64,000 nt of DNA from Eledone cirrhosa (taxonomy: Eukaryota), in the NCBI GenBank assembly GCA_964016885.1, contig OZ024742.1, positions 191,766,001 to 191,830,000 on the forward strand, in the 5' to 3' direction. The notes under the pieces are model-generated. The model had not been told where the DNA came from. It worked only from the letters and a program-made list of their open reading frames with translations, and did not search any database. Position numbers and translations under genes: made by a program. Shown one piece after another: positions 53,950 to 64,000 of this stretch (positions are counted from its first letter, which is position 1; every line of letters begins with the position of its first letter).

Positions 53950-54485
53950 CTTCAACAGGTGAAACCACCTCAGAAAATTTGCTTTGGAGCATATCATATT
54001 TATTCGTTCATTGGACAGCAATAGTCATCGGAGGTATAAAAGCCAAACTCACTAACATCAATTCGGTTTTCATGTCAACCCTTACCTATGGTCATCAATC
54101 TCAGGTAATGACCGAATGATTATGATCATGAATACAAGCGGCTGAAATGGAGTTCTTCCGAAGCGTCCTTTGAATAACTTTACTTTCAGAGAAGCCACCG
54201 CTTCTCCGAATTTAGAAATCACAGCTCCAACACTATGGGAATGTGTTTAGAATGTCTCAGGAAAGAATCGTTGGAGAGATTTTACGGGCAAAACCAACTG
54301 GCAGGAGATCCAGGGCTAGATCCGAATCAAGATCGTTGGATAACATCCATGACCTCGGCTGGTCTCGCTTAGAGATCCAACCGGATATGTAGGAGACGGA
54401 TGCTTCTGACAGGACCCATTGCAAGGAGTGTTTAAGGACTCTGCAACCACCACTCTCTCAGTAATAAGTGGGCGAAGAAGAAGAT
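53950..54485 (+). mobile_element. RTE-type LINE 3' fragment
   Basis: STLTYGHQS..IQAAEMEFFR..QLQHYGNVFRMSQERI..GRRSRAR..LDNIHDLGWSRL followed by a (GAA)n tail. Confidence 0.7.
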
Positions 54486-54896
54486 ATGTGCACGTTGAAT
54501 AGACTGAATAGGGGAACTGCCAGCGTTTTTATAGATGAGCATTTAGGCATTCCATCAAGTGAACTTGCAACACATGAATTAACGAGTAAGTGATTGAGTA
54601 TTCTATAGTAATTTGCACTCTTATAGTAATGTTCAAGGTGAATAAGCTTGACAAGAACAATTCTTGTCCTTTGAATTAAGGTACAGTCGATTGACTTCTA
54701 TATGTTTCCCCTCTACTAGATTATATTACCCAAAAGCCTTGTGTTAAGTGTTAAACTGAGCTTATGCTAAAGTCACCAGCTCAAGTTGTTCAGAACCCGA
54801 GACCTCATGATTTTACAACGAACTTCAGTCATAACTGCACCGACAATAATACTATTAAAATGTATTCGTGTTGTTTAATTTATTTGCTCTACTATA

Positions 54897-55060
54897 CATA
54901 TATATGTGTGTGTGTGTGTATGTGTGTCTATCATCATAATTAGAATATGTTTACATATATATGTGTGTGTGTGTGTATGTGTGTCTATCATCATAATTAG
55001 AATATGTTTACATATATATGTGTGTGTGTGTGTATGTGTGTCTATCATCATAATTAGATA
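54897..55060. repeat. 58-bp tandem repeat, 3 copies
   Basis: Unit catatatatgtgtgtg..tctatcatcataattagaatatgttta. Confidence 0.85.
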
Positions 55061-57645
55061 TGTCACACGCGCAGATGTGGGTGTTTTTAAGAGAATCTCT
55101 TGAGTAATAGGTTTTACTTATTTCTTCTGATGTAAGTTGTGTTGCAAAAGCCAAAAATATACATATATATAGCAGAAGAAAAAAAAGATTGCTTTAAAAC
55201 CATTATGCATCACAATACATGTACGTTTGTATATTTATTTTTGTATTCCAATGTCAAAGAATTGTGTTGTGTATCTGACACTGATGAGAGTTTCTTATGG
55301 GAGGTCTTAAAAGAATAAAAACATTACAATAAGGTGAAGCTCCACAAGTTATATAGTCTGGTTTTACTCGATTTCTTATGCTATAATTTCATTTTCTATT
55401 TAGATTTACATATTGTGTGCGTGTTGTTGCTGCACGTTTTATTGTTTTCGTTTTTTTTTAAAGAGGAAAGTACACTTTTATTTCTCTTCGCTTTTTAAGC
55501 TTCAGAGACAGGCAAATGTTTTTGATCTAGCGTTTTGTTTCTCGTATTTATTTCTGGAGATTTCCATATTTACTTTTTGTTTTTGTTTTGTTGTTGGGTT
55601 TTTTTATGTTGTTTTTTTTAGAGTTTATGATCAATACATTTATAGAATTATTCGCTAAAGCTAAAACTTCTATTGGCTTACTGGAAACAAACAGTACATA
55701 AGCCAAGAATAACTAAAACATGCATTTAAACAAGAGCAGACAGCACAGCAACATGGATTGACACAAATATTGCAATAAATAACTATGGTAATGGTATTAA
55801 ACGCAATATTTTGCAGTACATTTTGTTCTAAAATATGATGTTTTAGGATTTTGGTTCGAATCAGGGAATGTTTTCAACTAATATTTATAGAAAAGTAGCT
55901 TATAGCAGTGGAGACTGGTAGAGATATTATATTCGATCAATAGCTGTCCTGATATAATAAACACTATATTTGAACCTCCATTATCATTTTTGACGACAAA
56001 CATTCAGTCGTTCGATCAATTGTACATCAAACTCGCGAAATAAGTTCAGTACTCCACATAGATCCACCATTAAGTTAATTCCCAAGCAGAAAAACCTTTA
56101 TATAATATGACATGGTTGAACCTTTCGATGAGACGTATAATTCATGTGACAGGCTTCCAGGCAATCTTCGCCTGCCCGATTTCATTCACATCAATTAAAT
56201 CAACCGGGGGTTATAGTAGAGTCTCTTCCCCATGATGCAGTGATATCAACTCAGGACCACTTGATTAATTAGATAATCAGATATACCTTGTGTTCAAATT
56301 GACTGAATAGAGTTAAATGAAATAATCTCTACTATATTTGGCTCCAATTACCTATTTTCTAGATTCAAATCAGGTAGTGGGCTGGTTATGACATTAAAAA
56401 AATAGATCAAAGCAACATCATTTTATATTTTTTACACCTTCTTACGATCTAGGTTCGAATCACATAGCGGCTTTTGTATGGTGTTAACAGAATAATGAGA
56501 AACCACGTACCAGACTCGAAACACAAACATTCGGACTAGAAAGAAGAACAGGAAATAAATAATAAGCTGAAAATTAAGTCAATTCACTTGGACCCTGCAT
56601 CTGACACGTGTATGGTGCTTGGCCAGGTGATTGCTTCGAAATCATTAGGACTCGGGTTAAATTCCACTGCAAGGGTTCTAGCGCATGTTTCATTTACCAA
56701 AGCCGCAGTTCAACCTGCGCTTCGTGAACGGAATTTCATAGATGGAAACTGTTTGGAATCCTGATTGAACTATATTGTACTTCAAAGGTTCAGACTGTCA
56801 CACTGAAGCTCCCTAATTTAAGTTTGTTGTCCAGGTGCTTGTGGAATATTAAATTACTTAACCGTTAATTACATGATCAGGGTGGTCAGTTCATCGAAAA
56901 AGTACACTCACAGTTGAAACAGACGGAGGTTCATTCCGTATCCAATCGACATAATCTGCTCTGTGCGATGCATTTTTAAAAATTATCAATATTATGAACG
57001 ACTTTTCCTTTCATCCTCTCTTTTATCGATAAATAAAAGGTCAATCAAGCACTCTGTTCGATCTAATTAACTGCACTGAACCCTCCCCTTATATATATAT
57101 ATCCAATTAGGTGGAATTATGTATTTTCATATGAAGAGAACATAGCAATAGATAGGAATATTTCTCATCGACGATTCAATTATCTATGAATTGATTCAAT
57201 AATTAATTGATTGAACAAGGAACGGATTAGAATGAGATGTTATATTGGTAGTGGGCGGAGAGTGCTTAAAAAAGAAAACTAAGTGAAAAGTACTCGCGTT
57301 TTTGTTTTTAATGTTATAGCACGATCTAGTAGTAATTTGGCAAAGTATCTAAATGTATAATGATTATCATTATCAATATGTATGTGTGAACACACACACA
57401 CTCACACACACCGACATATATATTATATATATGTATATATATGTGAGTGTGTATATATATATAGATATGTGTGTGTGTGTGTGTGTGTATGTGTATATAA
57501 ATAAATATATATATATATATATATATAACGAAGGATGTGTGATAAGGAACCGGGTGGAGCATAGTAGAGTTGGTAATAGCCGTCGAAACAGCTTCAGCTC
57601 AGCCGTCGGTGTCCTGACCTGACTCTTTTCCTATATATATATATA

Positions 57646-57693
<48 letters not shown>

Positions 57694-57744
57694 AGCCTTA
57701 TAATGGGGTTTAGAACCCTCAGAAAAATGGAAAAAGATGAGTAT

Positions 57745-57816
57745 TGACGTACATGGGAGTCGAACCCACATCTTTGGTTATCCAGACCACTGTGCTACCA
57801 TTACACCAATACATCA
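57745..57816 (-). tRNA. tRNA-like sequence (Gln-like body, GGA loop), probable pseudogene or SINE head
   Basis: Mirror copy of 57823-57894 with the better anticodon stem TGGT-CTGGATA-ACCA. Confidence 0.45.
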
Positions 57817-57822
57817 CCCATG

Positions 57823-57894
57823 TGATGTGTTGGTGTAATGGTAGCACAGTGATCTGGATAACCAAAGATGTGGGTTCGACTCCCATGTACGTCA
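57823..57894 (+). tRNA. tRNA-like sequence (Gln-like body, GGA loop), probable pseudogene or SINE head
   Basis: 72 nt with acceptor TGATGTG/TACGTCA, A box TGGTGTAATGG, T-arm GTGGG-TTCGACT-CCCAT, and TTTTT 10 nt downstream. Confidence 0.45.
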
Positions 57895-58238
57895 ATACAC
57901 ATCTTTTTCCATTTATCTGAGGGTTCTAAACCCCATTATCAGGCTAAAATTTATTTAGTCAAAAATACGGTGAAAGCTATTCTATTTTCTAATTTCAAAC
58001 CTGCTCACTGTTTCAAAACATACTTACTTGTCATATATATATATAAAATATACATAATAAATATATATATATAAATATATAATATATATATATATATATA
58101 TAATATATATATATATAAATATATAATATATATATATATATAATATATATATATATAATATATATATATATAATATATATATATATAATATATATATATA
58201 TAATATATATATATAATATATATATATATAATATATAT

Positions 58239-58357
<119 letters not shown>

Positions 58358-58597
58358 TAGTAATAATAAATTTGAAGACTAAAATCCAAAGAGGGCTCGA
58401 TAAGGATAAATATATATCAAATATATAAGAACCGTAGAGCAAATATTTATTAAAATAACAGATTAAAGTTTAAGCAAAGAATCGCTGTTTTCACCCTTAA
58501 CGGGAGTTTCAGAAGATCCCGTTAAGGGTGAAAGCACCGATTCTTTGCTTAAACTTTAATCTTTTATTTTAATAAATATATATATATATATATATAA

Positions 58598-58632
<35 letters not shown>

Positions 58633-58819
58633 AACGAGTAGGACCCGAGGGTTGAGCTCAAGCCGTTTCGAGGGAATTAGCCGTCGAAACGACTTGAGCT
58701 CAGCCGTCGGGGTCTTACTTGTTCCTATTACCCACTCTACTACCCTAAGTATTGAATACTTTGGTGCGTTATGGTCCATCTGGTTCCTTACTACATTTCC
58801 TTCGTTATATATATATATG

Positions 58820-58871
<52 letters not shown>

Positions 58872-58877
58872 CATATA

Positions 58878-58944
<67 letters not shown>

Positions 58945-58946
<2 letters not shown>

Positions 58947-60294
58947 CAAAAGCCACTCCAACTTATGCCAACTTAGTCATGGCATGCTTAGAAGTCCAGA
59001 TATATGAACAGTCCAAATCAAAATACGGATTGAACTTCCACAAATATTTATCAGAGAATTGGAAACGCTACTTGGATGATTGTCTCATTCTTTGGTCCCC
59101 ACACTCGACCAACTGCAGGATTTCAAAAACTTAATAAACGGCATCATTAACCAAATCCAATTCACAATGGAATACAGCCAAGATCAACTCCCATGTCTGG
59201 ACATCTTAATCTTAAAAAAAGATACACATATTGAAACTGACATACATTACAAGCCAACAGATTCCAAACAATACCTGCTATTCACCTCCAACCATCCAAA
59301 GCACACGAAGACGAACATTCCTTTTAACCTAGCAAGAAGAATTAGCACAATCGTCTCCAATTATGAAACGCGAATTAAAAGACTTCAAGAATTAAAGGAA
59401 ATTATACTCGAAAGAGAGTACCCACCATTAATAACAAATAATGGAATAGACATTGATGAATTACGAAATCAGAAACAAATTCAAGGTACGTCCAATATTC
59501 TATCACAACCCAAGAAATGCGGAAGTTTACAACACTATTCACAAGAACATCCCACTACTAAAACAAGACCCAAGAATGAAAAAAGCCCTTGAAACTCACA
59601 AAATAATCAAAAGCAAAAGACAACCGAAATCATTGAAAACATTACTCACCAATGCCAAATTACCTACCACAAACCCACAACCAACTGTCAAAAAATGTGG
59701 TCGCTCTAATTGTGGAACCTGCACTCACCTCATTGAAGGCAACGCGTATACATTAAATTCAGGGCAAAATTTTGCTGTAAAAAATCACTTCACATGCTCA
59801 TCAAAAAATCTACTTCATGCCATTAAATGTAAAGGATGCAATGAAGATTATATAGGACAAACTAAACTCACACTCAGAAACAGAATGACAGTTCATCGCA
59901 ACAATTACGAGATCCAACCACGAGACAGATACCCCTAAGCGCACATCTAGACATATGCGCAAGTAATAAGACACCCAAATTGCAAGTTTTCCCATTTTAC
60001 CTTTGCGCTAACAATACAACAGAACAAATACGAATAAATAAGGAAATTATGTTTATTCAAAAATATAGACCAGCATTAAATATGGTTTAATATACATTAT
60101 GTCAACACCATAACATGCTAACCATCCAAACAGACGCATACACACACACACATAACACATGCTGCTTTAGAAAATAAAAACCCGAACTAAATAAACCTTA
60201 ACATACGTTTGCGCTGACAATACAACAGAACAAATACGAATAAGTAAGGAAAATATGTTCATTCAAAAATATTCCTACTAATGGAATCATTTTC

Positions 60295-60329
<35 letters not shown>

Positions 60330-61618
60330 ATATATATATATATATTCTCTTCATCTTAACATGCTAACCATAGTCCCACACACACATAACACCCATACAC
60401 ACACACAACTCCCTCCCCTATTTCTACTAATAGAATCACTTTGCTACACACATATATACACACACACAAAATATATATATTCTCACCATCTTAACATACT
60501 CCCCCCTCCCCAACACAACTCCCTCCCCCATTTCTACTAATATAATCATCTTCCTAGACACACACACACGCACACACACGCACACACACACAAGCACACA
60601 AATAAACATACATATCTTTACTTTCTTTATTTCAATAGGAAATCTGAATTCTGACACCCCAGGGAACTAACCATATTCTCTGAACCAGAACAATTCTCCC
60701 ATCCCATTTCTCTTGACCATTATCTTTTGCTTGTCATAAAATTCTCTAAAAAGGCTACAGAATAGATTTCCAAATACAGGCGCGAAACTTAATGAAAACT
60801 TGTTCACGTGACAGCCATAATTTCATTTATAACCAATTAAATTACGTTTATTAGAAAAAAGCCTTCGTGAGCCCCTTTTTTTAAATAAAAAGAAATTCAA
60901 ACTCACACACACAACACACACACACAAGCACACAAATAAACATACATATCTTTACATTCTTTATTTCAATAGAAAATCTGAATTCTGACACCCCAGCGAA
61001 CTAACCATATTCATTGAACCAGACCAATTCTCCCATCCCATTGCTCTTGGCCATTATCTTTTGCTTGTCATAAAATTCTCTAAAAAGGCTACAGAATAAA
61101 TTTCCAAATACGGGCGCGAATTTAATGAAAACTTGTTCACGTGACAGCCATAATTTCATTTATAACCAATCAAATTACGGTTATTAAAAAAAAAATGCCT
61201 TCGTGAGCCTCTTTTTTTAAGTAAAAAGAAATTCAAACACTCATATATGAAAAAACAACCTGAGCCCCCCCTCCTTGTTTGAAGAACTTTGTAACGCGAA
61301 CTGGCGCGAAGTTTATTATAATTATTGACCAACCAATCAAATTACTTCTCTAAAAACCTTGCGTTTCGAGCCACTTTTTTCCATATATAACAAGTAACAT
61401 TCAAAGACCAACCAGATGTGAGAAAAACCACAGACTCTCCATCTCAACTCTACTTTTGAAAAGCAGAAGAACTGCGAAACCGGTAAAGGAACCAAATAAA
61501 TATATATATATTTTTTTAAATAAGACTCCAGTTGCATTTTCGATTTTATTTTTTTTCTTTAGACTTTCACTCGTATAGGACACCTCGGTTATTTTTCATT
61601 TTGTAAATAAAACATCAC

Positions 61619-61626
<8 letters not shown>
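58945..61626 (+). mobile_element. Decayed 5'-truncated Neptune-type PLE (sister family)
   Basis: Frameshifted PTYANLVM..WKRYLDD..KPTDSKQYL..CGRSNCGTC..DYIGQT ending at 60090. Long 3'UTR with a ~330-bp duplication (60580-60905 and 60915-61238). (TA)n on both sides. Confidence 0.9.
61453..61488 (+). ncRNA. Minimal hammerhead variant (U3:A8)
   Basis: CUU UUGAAAA GCAG AAGAA CUGC GAAA CCGG UA AAG. Confidence 0.7.
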
Positions 61627-61682
<56 letters not shown>

Positions 61683-61731
61683 TATTATATATATATATAT
61701 ATTATTATTAGGGTAAACATAGATGCAATAA

Positions 61732-63850
61732 CGCGGATTATCGAAATAAAAGGCTCGCCAACGCAACCTTTTAATGAACGCGTCTGTTTTCTGTCTATTA
61801 ATGACGTATTATTTGTTTTTTCCCGTTCTTTGCCAGCGAACGTTTCCACGAACCAAAGTATCGTCTTCTTGTCTTCCTCCGGTTCCAACGTTTTTTGAAA
61901 TATCCAGTTCTGCGTTTACAGATTGACTTTGTTAGTTTCAGAAGATCCCGTTAAGGGTGAAAGCAGCGATTCTTTGCTTAAACTTTAATCTGTTATTTTA
62001 ATAAATATTTGCTCTACGGTTCTTATATATTTGATATATGTTTTCCTTATCGAGCCCTCTTTGGATTTTAGTCTTCAATTTTATTATTATTACTATTTGG
62101 CTCCTTCGGTTGAGCACTCTACTGACTTATATTCATCATGCAGAAACAACATCTGAATATTTCTACAAAGAACATACCCGTACCAAGCAGGAAAACATAC
62201 CTAAAACTCCTGATACAGAAAACAGACGCGTTCATTAAAAGGTTGCGTTGGCGAGCCTTTTATTTCGATAATCCGCGAAAAGCAGACAACAAACAGGATA
62301 AATTTGGATTTAAAACCTATAGTAACCCTCCGTGGAACCCAGCATTGCTACCCTTCGAAAATGATGTCTTGGAACTCATTCGGAGTATCAAATTTCGGTA
62401 TAGGAGCAATTCCTTCCAGCAAGACTTGAAAAATAGAATTCGTTCTATTATGGATTATAACGCCGTGCACGTCCATTCCGACAAAACTGGCAACCCCTAT
62501 ATCAAGTGGAGCGCAGTACTTACCATCAACTACTACATAATGCTGTAACTACGGATTACCGTAAAACTAATCGGTGTGTCATCAATGAAATCAACGATGT
62601 TGGGTTTAAAATCACATCTGATCTCAATATCCTGGACCGGACCGAAACTCTGGGCCCTATCTACCCCCACTTTACCCTGAAGGATCACAAATCCAATTTT
62701 CCGAACAACCCCTCTATTCGGCTTATTAACCCTACGAAGTCCGATTTAGGTAGACTTAGTAAAACGATTATTGATAGAATTATACCTGAAATTAGAAGTT
62801 TGGCCCCTCTCGCACTGTGGAACAATTCTTTCGCGGTGATTGATTGGTTCAACGGCATATGTAACAAGGAACATTGCCGTTTTATCCAATTCGACATCAA
62901 CAATTACTACTCCTCCATCACTTTACCACTTCTCCTTAAAGCTATCAATTTCGCTAAAACACTCACAGTGGATAAGGATTTCGAAGTCGATGTCATCCTT
63001 AATGCCCGAAAGTCGGTGATTAATTTCGACGACTCTATTTGGATTAAAAAATCCAATAGTACTCCATTCGACGTGAGTATGGGCGCCAGTGACTCTGCGG
63101 AGGTTACTGATCTTATTGGCCTTTTCCTTCTTTTCTCTATCAAGGACGAATTCCCCAACGCGGGCGGTGGTTTGTACCGTGACGATGGTCTTTTGACCAT
63201 GACTAAGTGAGGACCTCGTGCTTGCGACAGGTTCAGAAAAGAACTCACAGCCTTCTTTAAAGGCTTCAACCTCTCTATACAGGTTGAGGCCATCTCTCGG
63301 TCGTTAATTACCTCGACGTTACCCTCAATGTATTGAATGGGTTGTATTACCCGTATAGAAAGCCGAATGATACGCTTAATTACATAACTAAGCATTCCAA
63401 CCATCCTGCCAGCATAACCAAGAACCTGGTAAAAAACGTTTCGTTGAGGCTTTTTCGTCTTTCCACCAACGAGCGCATTTTCAACGACCATTCCACTTAT
63501 TACAATGAAGCTCTTGCTCGAAGTGGATTTGTCGATAAGGTAGCATATACAGAGTACGAAAATCGACCTTGTAGAAATAGATCCCGTCGCATTTGTTGGT
63601 TTAACCCACCATATAATATGGAGGTGGCCACACCATTAGCTAAGATCTTTCTTTCCCTTATTACGATGCATTTTCCCCCTACACATAAATATAGTAAAAT
63701 TTTTAATAGAAATACTATTAAAATGTCTTACTCTACGACTCCTAACCTTGCACATAACATCACAGCTTCAAATTTAGCTAAACTACCTAGCCGTAGGAAC
63801 ACGTGCAACCCTGTAGTTAGTACTAACTGTAATTGTAGGAATAGGGCTGA
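61732..63850 (+). mobile_element. Hydra-clade-like PLE: pLTR plus disrupted RT ORF, 3' part interrupted
   Basis: pLTR ~61792-62097. ORF from 62138 reads STKNIPVPS..FIKRLRWRAF, RLINPTKS, QFDINNYY, GLYRDDGL, YLDVTL, SNHP, WFNPPY, KIFNRNT and CNCRN. Frameshifts at ~62500 and ~63297, TGA at 63208. Confidence 0.85.
61935..61984 (+). ncRNA. Hammerhead-like motif with U4A core in Hydra-like pLTR
   Basis: GUUU CAGAAGA UCCC GUUAA GGGU GAAA GCA..UGC UU AAAC; same core at ~15105, ~16020 (-), ~17741 and ~58506. Confidence 0.55.
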
Positions 63851-63851
63851 T

Positions 63852-64000
63852 ATATATGTACTTATTCTGGAAAACAACACTTTCTTCTTCAATGGAAAGA
63901 ATTACATCCAAATTAGAGGCACAGCGATGGGAACGAAGTTTGCTCCCGTTTACGCGAACTCTGTAATGGGATACTTAGAACAACAACTCTACCAAGAAAT
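63852..64000 (+). mobile_element. Start of another 5'-truncated Neptune-type PLE RT fragment (runs off the window)
   Basis: [44 protein letters not shown] following a short atatatat. Confidence 0.85.

Noticed and set aside
55280-55320. CTGATGA hammerhead-like motif
   Set aside because: The GAAA half and stem III are not recoverable; too degenerate to call.
63208-63210. In-frame TGA in the Hydra-like RT as possible selenocysteine (as in some Naiad PLEs)
   Set aside because: It is not at a conserved Cys position, the copy also has two frameshifts, and I see no SECIS. A nonsense mutation is simpler.
62138-63850. Naiad/Chlamys assignment for this PLE
   Set aside because: Those clades have an N-terminal GIY-YIG. 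Here the endonuclease follows the RT (seen in the sister copy at 16944-17560), which fits a Hydra-like C-terminal EN element.

Overview
Eukaryotic, AT-rich, repeat-saturated animal DNA. The SINE types and the dense (TA)n/(CA)n microsatellites suggest a cephalopod such as octopus, but that is inference. No host protein-coding exon is convincingly supported, and most ORFs in the track are microsatellite artefacts. The window is dominated by Penelope-like retroelements (PLEs) inserted into (TA)n tracts. These include a very young Neptune-type RT/GIY-YIG element in partial-tandem plus inverted-pLTR form (39.4-48.5 kb), a decayed sister family (58.9-61.6 kb), Hydra-clade-like PLEs (14.5, 16-17.9 and 61.7-63.8 kb), and many short fold-back pLTR remnants carrying hammerhead-ribozyme-like motifs. 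Also present are two Helitrons (one nested in a hAT MITE inside a SINE), a deleted mariner with ~98-bp TIRs, RTE and Tx1-like LINE fragments, and tRNA-derived SINEs. The best candidate for an undescribed system is the young endonuclease-bearing PLE. It is not single-ORF: a ~436-aa coiled-coil/low-complexity ORF1 overlaps an ATG-less RT-EN frame through an in-frame U_UUU_UUA heptamer, which suggests a gag-pol-like -1 ribosomal frameshift. Its pLTR carries a minimal hammerhead with a U3:A8 covariant core.
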